From: Octopus vulgaris
Lineage: Eukaryota
NCBI GenBank assembly: GCA_951406725.2
Contig: OX597827.1
Span: 9,176,001 to 9,240,000 of the forward strand
Length of the DNA: 64,000 nucleotides
Direction of reading: 5' to 3'
Position 1 is the first letter of the stretch, and each line of letters starts with the position of its first letter. The translations under genes and the position numbers were made by a program. The notes under the pieces are model-generated. The model worked only from the letters and a program-made list of their open reading frames with translations. It did no database searches and was not told where the DNA came from. Below, piece by piece: positions 41,879 to 56,117 of this stretch.

Positions 41879-42139
41879 GTTGTTGTTGTTGTTGTTGTTG
41901 CATAGCAAAAGTCAACAAATTTACAGGAAGGAACATAATTGAATGTATTTACTTGGAGAAAAACTGAGCCAAAGACTTGTTTTTTTTTTATTCCGTGTTA
42001 AAGCCATGTGACATATGTTGCTAAAAGTGTTAAGGAAATGCATGAAGATCACGAAACACGAGGGTAAGTTTTTTTAATGATTTTTATTATATTGTATTAT
42101 AAATATTATCATTAGTAAAGATTTGATGATTTTTTTCTA

Positions 42140-42454
42140 GGAGACCCCCCCTTTGGTCATGAATGACCATGGGATTGCACCTAGAAAGTTACCCTCCAAG
42201 GCACAAGTCCGGGCAAGGTTGTTTGTGGAGGGTTAGCAGTCGCCCATGCATACCAGGCTCCCCTCTCCACACCACCGATGTTATCCAAGGGAAAGGCAAA
42301 GGGGCCGATACAGCTTGGCACCAGTGATGTCGCAACTTATTTCTGCAGCTGAGTTAACTGTAGCAACGTGAAATAAAGTGTCTTGCTCAAGAACACAACA
42401 CACAGCCTGGTCTGGGAATCGAACTCACAACCTCACGATTGTAAGCTCAATGCT
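42140..42454 (-). mobile_element. tRNA-derived SINE (head 2, tail Z)
   Basis: Head and body shared with 27600-27742; different 3' tail. Confidence 0.8.
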
Positions 42455-42556
42455 TTTTCTCTATTTCTGTAAGTGACATACAAATGAGATGAAGTGGAAC
42501 CCCTCCAAATGATGTAATCTCTTATTCCTGTATTCTTTGACTTGCTTCAGTCATTA

Positions 42557-43045
42557 GTCATCATCATCATTGTTCGACCGTGGTCGAGACAATGGAATTT
42601 ACCATGCTACGCCAGACTTCACGGTCCATCATAGCATTACTGAGGTCCTGTTGCTAGATGCCTGTATCCCTGGAGATTACATCAGGGTAGGAGAGTGTGC
42701 GCCCTCTGGTATTGCGAGTAGATGGCTTTCAGAGGAGAAGAGTAAAAATTACCTCTTTTTCAGCTCTACAACAACGTCCAGCAAACTGGACTCTCCTACC
42801 TTTCACAAGAGATGACACAGGTGGTAGTTTCCCATATATTTGCATTTTGGTTGGATGGCGCTTCCACGAGAGATTTTGAGCTCTCATAAGGAGGTGAGTG
42901 TAGGTTCCATCCAACCGCCTCTCAAGCTTCTTTGATAATGTCCAGGTTTCTGAGCCATATAGTAGCCATATAGTGGTTCGACTGTGGCTTTGAAAATTTC
43001 AAGTTTGAAGTCTCTACTTAGATTTGATGACCAGATCTTATGCAT
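42557..43045 (-). mobile_element. RTE/RTE-X-like LINE 3' fragment, the longest copy
   Basis: DMHKIWSSNLSRDFKLEIFKATVEP...DGTYTHLLMRAQNLSWKRHPT...RRVQFAG; 7-bp TSD gtcatta at 42550-42556 and 43046-43052; splits an old SINE tail. Confidence 0.88.
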
Positions 43046-43261
43046 GTCATTACTTTGCCCATGCTGGAGCACCACCATGAAGATTTTAGTCGATTGTTGT
43101 AACCCCAGTAATTATTTTTAAGTTTAATTCTATCAGGTTGAGTTTATCAAGCAACTGAGCAAACAGGGATGTAAACAAGCTAACACCTGCTGTTGAGTTG
43201 TAAGGGAAAAATACATACAAATAAGCATGTACGAACACAAACACATCTACAAACACATATT

Positions 43262-43405
43262 CATTCATACATACCTACTTACATACATACATACATACAT
43301 GCATACATACATACATACATACATACATACATACATACATACATACATACATACATACATACATACATACATACATACATACATACATGCATGCATACAT
43401 ACATA
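43262..43405. repeat. (TACA)n microsatellite
   Basis: Visible. Confidence 0.95.
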
Positions 43406-43862
43406 CAAGCACATATAGCTTCTTGTATATTAGGTAATAACGTGGATATATTATCTATGAAATATTATACTATAAATTTAATCTCATAACTGTCAATTCA
43501 TGTTACTGAATGGTTTCATGTTAAAAAAGCCTTTCAAGTGTGGGAGGGTGTTGATGAGCATAATGTTACTCAAAGGCTCAAGGGAAACATCAATGGATCA
43601 GTTTTACCATTCTAGGGAGGCCCGAAAGAGCCTTGGGTACTAGTTTTCCACCAGAAAGCAAGTAAAATAAAATACTTTCTCACAGTCAATTAAATAAACT
43701 AACAGTCCAGTGCAGGGATAGATTCTTCTTATTTTTCTCTTTCTTTTCTCTTCAGGAAAAACTTACATTTTGGCTTGGAGAAGGATGGGCTCTATCAGTA
43801 TGCTATAATGGCATCCCTAAGACCATAACAACTGTTAAAGTCTCCACCAACACTTCTCCTCA

Positions 43863-43926
<64 letters not shown>

Positions 43927-43927
<1 letters not shown>

Positions 43928-44116
43928 CGGGAAGGTTTACGAAAATAAACAAAAGACGAAGGCAGGTGGAGTACAAACAAACAATTGTATTAGTATGGCA
44001 CTCAGGAATAGAAATAAAACAAGTCTTTTACGTTTCGAGCCTACGCTCTTCGACAGAACGATACACAGAAAAGAAACAAGGAGAGAAAAAAAATGCATGT
44101 AAGATCTAATGATCCA

Positions 44117-44120
<4 letters not shown>
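43927..44120 (-). mobile_element. Short Penelope-terminal-like element between TA runs
   Basis: Architecture parallels 33070-33280, including tagtat..g..ctca.ga and cgtttcgagc...gctcttcg.cagaa. Confidence 0.65.
44024..44061 (-). ncRNA. Minimal hammerhead motif with variant core (CUGUCGA)
   Basis: Minus strand: tcgtt-CTGTCGA-a-gagc gtag gctc-GAAAC-GTA-aaaga. Confidence 0.6.
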
Positions 44121-44155
<35 letters not shown>

Positions 44156-44341
44156 GGGAGTTGTATGACTGTATATAGAGGGATATATATATTATTTAAA
44201 GGAATTCCAAATCTGTTTTTTGTTTTATTTATATTCCTATAATATTAATGTAGGATATAGAATATATAGCATATATAGTAAAATGAAATGAAGTATTGAT
44301 TGTCTTATCGTATATGTGAAATATTGAATATCAAATATTAA

Positions 44342-44385
44342 GGGACCAGTGTACTTTCTTGCATTTAAGCAGTCTTCAAGGTCCC
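44342..44385 (-). ncRNA. Degenerate hammerhead-like motif
   Basis: Minus strand: gggacc-TTGAAGA-c tgc ttaaat gca a-GAAA-gtacact-ggtccc; closing stem intact, core and cleavage site non-canonical. Confidence 0.4.
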
Positions 44386-44668
44386 AGGTTGTGACAGGAA
44401 TGTTTCAACTGTAGTCGACTGGCTGTATTTTGTCCTTTATATATGTTCCTGTGGACAGCAGTAGTAGTTGTTTGGCTATTTTTAGAGATGATGCCAAACC
44501 ATTTTTCAATGTTTATATATATATATATTTATAGTCACATACATTTATACATGCATACATGTATTAGCAGTTTGACTCACTGATGTATCAATCACTTGAA
44601 GATTGTCAAGGTATATAAGTCTTGAAAGTCCAGGAATCATAAAAATACACCTTTGATATATATATATG

Positions 44669-44720
<52 letters not shown>

Positions 44721-44957
44721 GTCCTGTACTCTATCTTTTCGTTGTTTAAGAAAAATGTCCAGTTCCGTGGTTTTGTGTTTATGTTTTCGTTTCTCATTGT
44801 GTTCGACGTTTTTTGGTGTCCTGTACCCATATATGCCTGTATATATACATGTAGAGGTAGGTACGTACACATATGTATGTATATATGCATATGTTTTATT
44901 TATTAATTTATTATATGACGGAACGCACACATCCATTTCTAAGTAAGATTGTTCTTG

Positions 44958-45293
<336 letters not shown>

Positions 45294-45766
45294 AGAACAT
45301 CGAAATCCTGTGAAGGCTGTAAATGAACACTATTGTTGTTCCATTTCCATTTCTCTCTGAAAACATGTTCGGCTAAAGAGAAATATTATCTTGCTTGGAA
45401 GCATGTGAGGGTTGGTGATAGGAAGGACATCTAGCTGTAGAAAATCAGCCCCAGCAAAATCCATCACAGCTATGCAAACATGGAAATGTGGACATTAAAT
45501 AAGGATGGTGAGAATGACCTTTTATCATATTGCATTCCTTTAAGTTAGGGTGTGTTGTATTTGTGCATGTCAACTTTGCTTTCCACTGTCCTTTGGTTAA
45601 TAGAATAAGATAGAGCACTAGGATCTCCATAATTGATAAAAACCCTTAGATATGGTGACCCAGTATGGCTGTACTACGATGACTGTTGCTGTAAATATGT
45701 ACGTGTTTATGTGTGTATTTACATATATATATATATATATATATGTGTGTGTATATTTATATGTAC

Positions 45767-45797
<31 letters not shown>

Positions 45798-47393
45798 CAT
45801 ACACACACACACATTCATACACACGCACACATGTGTATATATCTATGTGTGTTTGTGCATATTTGTATATGTAATAGATAAATATATCAAATGTATTCAA
45901 CAGACTTTGTTTGAATATATTTATCACAGGAAAAAAAAAGAAGAATTAAATATATAAACTTCAAAGAAATTTCAGATAGAAAATTATATTAAATTTGTCA
46001 CGTATTTCGTATTTTCTCCTTATAAGAAATTTTCAGCAGCTAAAAATCTATATTCTTAATTAATTGAATTAGATATCAAAATGGTAAAATATTCAACTGT
46101 TGTATTCTACTGTTAAAACCACAACACAAAGGTTGTTTAATTTTGCTTGTGGGAACCCTATAAACATATAAAAATGCGATGAATTAACAAATACTGTGAA
46201 ATGTCTATATCTAAACGACTCACTCATACAAATTTCCAAGAAAATTATTCCTCTGCTGGCATTTATAACACCAATGCAATGACATTATTTTCTAAATGCA
46301 CTTAAGATCTACCACATTAAAGAAAAGTCATATATCGGGGGAAAACAAGATTTTTTGTCTTTTTTTTTTCACTTCTCCTGGCATTTTAGTTAAAAGTAGT
46401 ATGCGATTAACAAGCACATTATAGTTTCTCGTAATAGGGTTGTCCAAAAGCCCACATTGCTATAAAAACACGAAGCATTTACCTGCCAACTATAAACAGA
46501 AGTGAAAGCCAAGTATTGGGTTTGATATCTCTGTTAAATGGATCCATCTAATATGACAAAAATGGCCAAACATTCCTTTCTCTCTCTTCATCTTGTTCTC
46601 CTTCTCTTCTCAAAACACCAAAAGAGGGAGGAAAAAAGAAAAAAAAAGGGAATATTGTCATGTTCAACGATTGTTCTGTCTGTCGTTCCACTCTCCAATT
46701 TCCAAGCCATTAAATAGGTTTTTCTACCAGCTAATGCTACTTAGCTATTGGCCGTTTAATCTAACAGTAATCTAGAATTTTAAGTACCAATACAGAGATT
46801 TCTAGCTCGCTCATAAAAAAATAATAAAAGCTGACAACTATTCTTCATCTCCAAGAGAATTTCTACCATACTGAAATTCTCTTGGCTATGTCATATAATT
46901 TGACAAAAGAAAAAGAAAAGGAGGAGGAGAAAATAATGAGAGTAGGAAAGAAAGAAAGAAAGAAAGAGGGAGAAAAGACGGAAAGTGAATAAAGAAAAAG
47001 TTGTGGATGAGGAAATAAATAATGGTAGTGATGATGATGATGATGATGATGATGATCATGATCATGGTGCTCATGATGATGACGACGACGATGATGATGA
47101 TGATAAGATTTAACTCAAATTGATGTATACAGCCATTTGTACAAAACCATTTGCGGGGTCTGCATTGAAAGTGTGCAGAAAAAAAAAAAAATGTGACAAT
47201 TTGAAAGTTTCTAAGTGCTGGGTGTTGGTGAAGGTGGACAAGATAATATAGCTCTTGAAACAAGGAGAATTATCGCCATCATTGTCAGTGATCAATGTTG
47301 GAGATTCCTTCCTAGATAGCATTATAATTGTATCAGCTGAATCTAGCTGCTATGCCAAAAAAAAAAAAAAAAAAATTAATAATAATAATAATG

Positions 47394-47483
<90 letters not shown>

Positions 47484-49126
47484 GGAACGAATAAAAGGTC
47501 ATATTTGAACAACCACAGAACAAGTGGTAATTGTCTGTTATTTAACACTGCCCAAATTTGACCCAAGGGAAAATTATTTTGGCATAAATTTTACTGTGCA
47601 ATGTTTATTTGAACTCCCTTAAGTAGAAAAACCAATGAAACATATTTTCTCAGAGCCAAAAATCAGAATTTCCTACTCTGCTGTGCAAATAAAATAAATA
47701 AATAAATATATAACATAAATGGGCAAATAAACAAAAGGCTGCTGCCTAAATAACTGACAGAAAAACTCTGATATTTCTTCATCTTTTAGGATTTGAAAAT
47801 CATAGTCAAAAATTCTAAATTTAAAGATTAGACATTTGTAGTTGTTATTGTTGTTGTTTGTATTTCTGTTCTATACATTTCTGATTTTCATCTACTGAAA
47901 AATAACATCGACTTCACTCTTCCATTTTCTTTCCTTCCTTCCTTTATTTTTTTTTCTTCATTCTGCTTCCTTTTATTTATTTATTTATTATTTTTTTTTC
48001 TTTCTCTGGAACCATTATCTGTACTACTGATAAGAAATATGATTTATCACTCCACATGAATTATTGACCAGCATCTCTAAAACTGGATAGAGTAGTTATA
48101 AACGTAAACTTGATAAATGACTTCATTCGGAATTGTTATCATTAGCATCTGAAGCAGCCACATCAGATGATAGATCCCTCACAAAACCAAAAACTACTTC
48201 AACAAATCTCAGATTTAGCTTGCAACAAAGTCCTCATTAATTTTGCAAATCTCATAAGCTATGCTCTTTCTCTTTCTTTGTGCTACAAATCTCAGTATGA
48301 TTAGGTTTACCTCAGGTAGGAAAATACAGCCTCACATCCTCTTTCATATATTATATACAAAACAAAACCTCAACCTAAAATATTGCCAATTTTTCCTTTT
48401 TATTTTTTTCATTTTAGAAACTAATATTGATCACTTTATGTTATGCAATATTTTTCAAAATCTGTTTTTCTTTTAGTCAAACTATACTAATATAAGAGAG
48501 AGAAAACCAATTATTTCTTAATATTTTTCTCATGCATACACAGCACATACTCTTCAATTAGATATTAATTTGGAAATTATATTATTTTTCCTTTCTCTTC
48601 AGGAATTCAATTTGTATGGCAGGACAATCCTATAATCTTTTAGAAGACAAACAATGTTACTGCTCTATCTTGGTCTAGACACATTGTTTCATTGACAGTT
48701 TTGTAACAAATCAATATTAATATACTGATGAACAGAATGTGTTTCTAATTGCAACTGAACTCGTTTTCTCTTGAAGTTCAGTGCTATGGCAATATGGTTA
48801 TGATGACATCTAAATGGTGGGGTATGATGTGGTGAGACCAACTTGGTTTCTCTATTTTATATGAAATTCGTCTCTGGTAACATGTTAGTAGTAAAATGAA
48901 ATTAAATTCCGCTTCAGATAGTTTGTTTAACATTAATGGAATTTAAATAAAGTCTAGAAATGGCTACAAATTAATTTTATATTGTGTTGTAAAATAACAA
49001 AATAACTACTTCCAATTTGAGTGGAAGACTTAATGACTAATTTTTAGCTACGTTTACATTTTATTAATGCTTGTGTATGTGTTTGTGTCTGTTTACATAT
49101 GTGTACATGTGGATATGTGCATGTGG

Positions 49127-49520
49127 AAGTGGTGGAAGCACTCCGTCGGTTACGACGATGAGGGTTCCGGTTGATCCAAATCAACGGAACAGCCTGCTCG
49201 TGAAATTAACGTGTAAGTGGCTGAGCACTCCACAGACACGTGCACACCCTTAACGTAGTTCTCGGGGATATTCAGCGTGACACAGAGAGTGACAAGGCCG
49301 GCCCCTTGAAATACAGGTACAACAGAAACAGGAAGTAAGAGTGAGAGAAAGTTGTGGTGAAAGAGTACAGCAGGGATCACCACCATCCCCTGCCGGAGCC
49401 TCGTGGAACTTTTAGGTGTTTTTGCTCAATAAACACTCACAACATCCGGTCTGGGAATCGAAACCGCGATCCTATGACCACGAGTCCGCTGCCCTAACCA
49501 CTGGGCCATTGTGCCTCCAC
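49127..49520 (-). mobile_element. tRNA-derived SINE (head 1, tail Y)
   Basis: A-box tggcccagtggttag, B-box gtttcgattccc; probable TSD catgtgg. Confidence 0.88.
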
Positions 49521-49789
49521 ATGTGGGAGTAGATGATGTGTTTCTACTCTTTCTCCAATAGGCATTTAGTGGCCCTCATCTACTTCCATGTTATAAAAAT
49601 ACATATAAAACCTTATAATACAAAAACGTGCATATTACAGATCTTAATCATTTGCCCATTAGACCAGTAGAACAACTGTGTATTGGAGATATTTATTGTT
49701 GTTACTGCAGCTACTGATGTTGTTGTTGTTGTTGTTGTTGTCAGTTGTCTGTTTAATTACATAAATACATTAAATCAGTGAGAAAGTAA

Positions 49790-50015
49790 CATTTGATCAC
49801 TTGAGCCACAAGAAATAGTCACCAAATCTTCCTCAAATTACACCCCACTTAGAAAAGGTTATATTAGACAATAGGATTCTAGTTTTTTCTGAACATCAGA
49901 AAAATACATCAGGAAAATACAGGGCAGGAATGCTTTTGATCACAGGTAGGTCTGATTGATCGGGGATGAACTGGGATTAATTAACAACAACAACAACAAC
50001 AGCAACAACAACAGC
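49790..50015 (+). mobile_element. Ancient (CAA)n-tailed interspersed repeat
   Basis: agaaatag...ccaaatc motif plus ggaatgcttttgatca and a CAA tail; diverged relatives near 18890, 37830, 50860 and 59920. Confidence 0.55.
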
Positions 50016-50374
50016 AGCATGTCAACAGATTAGTGTCTTGTGATTTGGGGACAACAGGTCTTTTCAATTCTCAAGAACTTTACAAAATATCCTTGCAGTA
50101 TAAATAAATGATGGCAGTTTACCATCTCTCCTCTAGCCTAAATACAATTTCAAAACTCTCAATTGTCTAAATGGCTGTGCAGGTCCTGTTCTCAATGCTT
50201 CAGTTCTGTGACAAAAAGACTAATATTTTATGTAACTACATTCATTTATAAGCATACATTTATGATGGTATGCTGTCTTTATATCCAGATAGTGAGCATG
50301 TATGAGTTCCTACTTTTCTTGAATGTAACAGAAATTTTGTCCAGTGAGCTAAAGATTCTACCAGCTTGCCACCT

Positions 50375-50417
<43 letters not shown>

Positions 50418-50442
50418 CAACAACAACGATGGTAACCTAATA

Positions 50443-50645
50443 TACTCTTTTACTCTTTTACTTATTTCAGTCATTTGACTGCGGCCATGCTGGAGCACCG
50501 CCTTCAGTCGAGCAAATCGACCCCGGGACTTATTCTTTGTAAGCCCAGTACTTATTCTATCGATCTCTTTTGCCGAACCGCTAAGTGACGGGGACGTAAA
50601 CGCACCAGCATCGATTGTCAAGCAATGCTAGAGGGACAAACACAG

Positions 50646-50684
<39 letters not shown>

Positions 50685-50849
50685 TACGACAGGCTTCTTT
50701 CAGTTTCCGTCTACCAAATCCACTCACAAGGCATTGGTCGGCCCGGGGCTATAGCAGAAGACACTTGCCCAAGATGCCACGCAGTGGGACTGAACCCAGA
50801 ACCATGTGGTTGGTAGGCAAGTTACTTACCACACAGCCACTCCTGTGCC
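50443..50849 (-). mobile_element. SINE family A
   Basis: Full-length copy. Confidence 0.92.
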
Positions 50850-51270
50850 AAGTAATATGGTTACTTGATCTGTTAAAAACACGGACCAAATTTCTCTGAA
50901 TTTATACCTTGCTTCCTGAAATAAGCCACTAACACATTAGATGATGTATCACTAGATACCTAGATGCACTATAGCTGGGAAAACAGAAAGACAATGGTCA
51001 CAGATGGAGAGCCTTTGATCATAGACCACATTGATGAATCATCTCCGTTGTTACTCACACTACAACATGCACTTCAGCATACATAGATGAAATGGTACAC
51101 ACACACACCCTCGCATGCACCCACCACCACACACATCTTTTATTAAACTTTTAATACTTTTGATATTTATATATTTAAAAAAATATATATATATTAAAAA
51201 AATAAAATAAAAATAAAATTAAAATAAATAAATTAATTAATTAAACAAAATAATATATAAATATAAAAAT

Positions 51271-51303
<33 letters not shown>

Positions 51304-51379
51304 TGTGTATATATATTTAAAATTTATAATTTTAAATTATTTGAATAATTTTTTAATTTTTAACTTTTATATTTTAAAA

Positions 51380-51460
51380 TTAATTTTATGTATTGGCTTA
51401 TGTTTTTCACTGTTTGATTTGCCTAATAGTGGTTTTATCTCTAATTTAATATAATATAAT
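51380..51460. mobile_element. Single-arm remnant of the 27778 fold-back family
   Basis: tgtattggcttatg.ttttcactgtt.gatttgcctaatagtggttttatctctaatttaatataata next to (TA)n. Confidence 0.75.
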
Positions 51461-52514
51461 ATAATATATATATATATATACTATGTATGAGTGTGTATGC
51501 ATATATCTGTATGCATGTTTATTGAAAGAGTTAAAATTTTGAATACGTAAATAATCAAAATATTGGTTATGGTATTTTCATATATATTGTTATTGTAATT
51601 GTTTTGCATAAATGTAACTCTGTATTCCAAAGCATGTTTTTGGAAAGAGTTTTATGTAAGGGGGTAGCATGCATGAAGCTGTGTGTGTGTATGTGTGTGT
51701 GTGTGTGTGTTTGTATGTGTGCATGTGCATGTGTGTGTGTGCGAGGGGTGGTAGGAGGATTAGTGTGCAGGGAACAAAATAAAAAAAAAATATCGGTAGT
51801 CAAGAGTATTGAAATAACAGAGCAAAAATTGCTATTGGTCATTCAAAAACAAATGAACGGCAGGGGGGTGGAGTGCGAGAATGAACATTGTAGAGAAATT
51901 ATGAATAGCAACTGTTTTGAAGTGAGCAGGAATCTGGAGAGACTAATATAGCTTCTGGGCTTTTCATTTCAGCTTGGAAAAATAATGGACTGCTTCTTCA
52001 TTCACACGAGTCGTGTGCAGGGGAAGTAAAGTAAACACATACACACAAAAAGCAGCAAAATATGAAAAGAGTAAAACTTGGAATAATAACTATAAAGAGT
52101 TAGTGAGAATAATAACCATAAAAATATCGGTGCAGGAGATGCAAAATAAACATAAACCAGCAATAGTCCAGCTGAGGACTACAGCTGTTTGAGTCAATAA
52201 AGTGTTGACCTATTAGCCCAAGGGCGGATAATTTTTATCCTTTCATTAAGGGCTGTGTTGTCTCTTGCAAATAAACACACTTAACTCTCAAAGGCCCTAT
52301 TTATTATAGCTGTTATTTTTTGGGTTCGTATATTGTTGTTTATTATGAGTATTTTCTTTTTTTTGGGGGGGGCTTTTTATAATTGATTCTGCATAATTCC
52401 CTACCCATTAATTTTTGTAAAGTCTTCATCAGGTTTTTTTTTTCCGTTGCCCTTGTGGTAAACAACGACATTATTGTTGTTGTTATTATTATTATTATTA
52501 TCATTATTATTATT

Positions 52515-52725
52515 AGGCAAGCTGGCAGAGTCGCTAGCATGCCGGGTGAAAAACACAGCGGTATTTCTTCTACCATTACGTTCTAAGTTCAAATTCCGCC
52601 GAGGTCCACTTTGCCTTGCATCCTTTCGGGGTCGATAAATTAAGTACCAGTGAAATTCTGGGTTCAATGTAATCGACTAGTCCCCTCCCCCACAATTTCA
52701 GGCCTTGTGCCTATAGTAGAGAGGA

Positions 52726-52727
<2 letters not shown>
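52515..52727 (+). mobile_element. SINE family B with alternative tail, inside (TTA)n
   Basis: Family B head and central domain, then caggccttgtgcctatagtaga tail. Confidence 0.85.
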
Positions 52728-52756
<29 letters not shown>

Positions 52757-53522
52757 TATTATTATTATTATTATTATTATCATTAAATCGTCCAACCCAT
52801 GCCAGCATGGAAAGCGGACGTTAAACAATGATGATGAGGATGATGATGGTAATGATTATTTTATATTTATTATTATTATTATTATTATTAGTATTAGTAG
52901 TAGTAGTAGTAGTAGTAGTAGTTGTAGTTTTATTGTGTTACTTCACAGAATAAAATGCATGGGGGATATGCAGTGTACTTTGTTTTTGTGAATGTTTCCA
53001 GTGTGAAGTGTTCTATTGAAAAAATTCTCTATATAATACTTGCACATTAATGCTAGTAATGCTACATTTTTTTTCTGTTATGTATAGATGTAAGTCCTGG
53101 GATTTGGCTTTCATATTCTCTTTTCTATTCCATTGAAGCTACACAGCACAAAATGTGTGTAGGGCATAGTAGTACTATTTTTTGTGTTTCATACATATAT
53201 TACAATTTATTTTATGTAATTCATGAGAAAAAAAACAGTGCCCATGTCCATATACTCTTGCAGTTGGGAGATAGGAATATATTCTCAACTGTAGACTGGG
53301 AACCAAGTACTTGCAACAGAGTGGATCCTCACAAAGTTACCCAAGGTGGCAGGTGGCGACTTTTAACCAAGTGAGGGGTTAACTCTACAACCAAAATAGA
53401 CAATTGCTAAATTTGAATTCAGAGAATAAAGGAAAAAAATAAACATCTCAACTTATCTGGTTTCAGGCTCTTAGAGTTCTGCTAACCCACTCCACTGAAC
53501 AAATATCTTTTTATCAACAACC

Positions 53523-53931
53523 GCGCAGGAGTGGCTGTGTGGTAAGTAGCTTGCTTACCAACCACATGGTTCTGGCTTCAGTCCAACTGCGTGGCACCTT
53601 GGCAAGTGTCTTCTACTATAGCCTCGGGCCGACCAAGGCCTTGTGAGTGGATTTGGTAGATGGAAACTGAAAGAAGCCTGTCGTATATATGTATATATAT
53701 ATATGTGTGCGTGTATGTTTGTGTGTCTGTGTTTGTCCCCCTAGCATTACTTGACAACCGATGCTGGTGTTTTTATGTCCCCGTTACTTAGCGGTTCGGC
53801 AAAACAGACCAATAGAATAAGTACTGGGCTTACAAAGAATAAGTCTCGGGGTCGAGTTGCTCGACTAAAGGCGGTGCTCCAGCATGGCTGCAGTTAAATG
53901 ACTGAAACAAGTAAAACAGAAAGTAAAAGAG
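53523..53931 (+). mobile_element. SINE family A
   Basis: Full-length copy. Confidence 0.92.
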
Positions 53932-54232
53932 AAAACACTGAATCTATGGTAGCCTAGGTTGACCTCAGCAGGATTTCAACTTGTCATAGGATTTGTGTAT
54001 TTTTCATCGAAGGATTCTAATATGTGTGCAGTGCTGAGTGACATGATTTTTGCATATAACATATATGTTTAACTTTTCTGATTTCACTTATGCAGAACTA
54101 GTAAGGCGGTAGATAAAATGCTTTATTGTAATTAGTTCTGCCCCTCAAGTTTCTGAGTTCAAGTCCAGCCATGATTGATTGTTTTGCTTTCCATCCTTCT
54201 GGAGCCAAACAAAAATACTGACCAAATACTCT

Positions 54233-54760
54233 AAATTTTCCAGTCAACACTGACAGAATGATCCAGGCTAATTTACCAGACATTGTCATTAGAGACAGAG
54301 AAGAAAATATTTGTAGTCTAAAAGATGCAAGTGTTCTCACTGATAAAAATGTATCTGTAAAGGAATTTGACAAATTAAGTAAATATAAGGACCTGGAAAT
54401 TGAAATACAAAAGATGTGGCATCTTAAAGTGAGAACTGTTCCTGTTATTGTGGGTGCCCTTGGTATGATAAGAAAGAGATGTCAGAAACATCTAGATAAT
54501 ATCCCAGGAGAATAATGTCTCAGAGAAATCCAAAAGATTATGCTGACAAGTACTGCCCACATCCTTAGAAAAACCCTATCAGTTTAAAAGTATGCATTGA
54601 ATTACATGAACATATTTCACTATGGTCCCTGCCACTTACCCTCTCCAAGCTTTCAGTCCTACTGTAACATCTCTTATCCTTCACTCGCCCTAGGATGCTG
54701 GGTGTGTCTCAGTAAGTGATTGTAACAAACATGCAGATTAAAAGTAAATAATAATAATAA
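54233..54760 (+). mobile_element. R4/Dong-like retrotransposon 3' end: restriction-like endonuclease, 3' UTR and (TAA)n tail
   Basis: TDRMIQANLPDIVI...KDASV...KLSKYKDLEIEIQKMW...VPVIVGALG...TAHILRKTL is a PD-(D/E)xK RLE C-terminus with one internal stop. Confidence 0.88.
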
Positions 54761-54762
54761 TA

Positions 54763-54980
54763 TCAAGAGAATTCAGAGAGTGCAAACCTCTGCCAAGGCA
54801 ACACCAACGTCCTCTCAACGGTTAACCAGAGATGATTTTTTAAATGAGAATACCTGAAATAAACTTGACTGCTCTCACAAACAAGAAAACTAAAAATGAA
54901 CCCGACTGCTTACAAAAACTAAGTAAAAAACACAGGAAAAATAATCCAGGGTCCTTGTCTGATACCTGATTGATCCCAAA
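54763..54980. mobile_element. Probable Helentron/DINE-like non-autonomous element fragment
   Basis: caagagaattcagagagtgcaaacctctgccaaggc terminus-like motif; recognition only. Confidence 0.4.
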
Positions 54981-55344
54981 GGCTGTCATGGAATGTCAAG
55001 GTGGGTGTGCAGGCCGTATTTGTAATACTGTATGTATGTGCCGTCTGCAGTGGGAACAGGGACAGTTTTCTCTATGAAGGCCTTTTTTAGTCTAACCACT
55101 GATATAGTGTCTTTACAACCATAAAGGTCTATTGCGAAAAATTTATCTGTATAGGAAAGAGAAAGGACCTGCATATGTTACTATTAATGGAGGTTTAACA
55201 ACATCATTGCACACAAAAACTTGAGTCCAAGAAGTAAAGCTTTCTTCAAGGCAGAGCTACAAATGCAATTCTCAAGTAAGTAAGAAGTTTTAAGCAAGAG
55301 TGATATATTCAAAATTAGTAAAATTAAAACTTGTCGAGGATAAA

Positions 55345-55764
55345 TTGCTCGGGTTTGTAAGAGAAATAACTATATAAGCATTTTTAGAGAGTTATAGCCA
55401 AAAAGTAGCAAAAAAATGCATTAAAAATGGAAAACAAATGATGGTAAATTTTTTTTTAAATCGTTGACTCATCGTAGACATTTTTAGAGAGTTACTTCCC
55501 TTATATAATAGCGAAAAAAATGTATTAAAATGGAAAAAATGCATTAAAATGGAAAAAAATGCATTAAAATGGAAAAAAATGATGGTAATTTTTTTTTTTA
55601 AATCGTAGATTCATCGTAGACATGCGCTAATACACAGAAGGGCTTGATATGAATCACGACTATAAGATACCCGGTTTTGGTTAAACTGCACCGCAAAATG
55701 TGGGAGTAGTTAGGAATCTAAATCGTAGGAGACAGACACACAACTTCTCTTTTATATATAAAGA
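55345..55764 (-). mobile_element. Non-autonomous Helitron of the 4660 family, 3' terminus missing
   Basis: Same TC 5' end and internal repeat as 4660-5263, with fewer repeat units. Confidence 0.85.
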
Positions 55765-56117
55765 TGTCTGCATTCTATAGCAATGTAGTCAAGTAGTTCT
55801 TCCATAGCTAGACACCTGTGCCTGTCCCGGCTATCATACTTGAGCCTCACAATGCCTGGTGTAAAGTCATCTCCCCCTTTGCTGCAATCTCAGTCTGTTG
55901 GAGGGGGTTAAGTGGAGAGCTTTTCATTTTCGTTTGTCTTGAAAGCTACTTGGAAGTGGATTTTATTAAGAATCTACTTTTTACTTTGTTTTGCAAGTTA
56001 CTTGAAGAGCTCACTGGTGCCTTTCTCACTCTGTAAAGTGGTTGGCTGTTTATGAGGGCATCCAGCAGTAGAAACCATGCTAAAGTAGACACGGGAGCCT
56101 GACACAGTTTTCAGACT

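Noticed and set aside
48724-48765. CTGATGA...ctgaac
   Set aside because: GAAA incomplete and no closing stems
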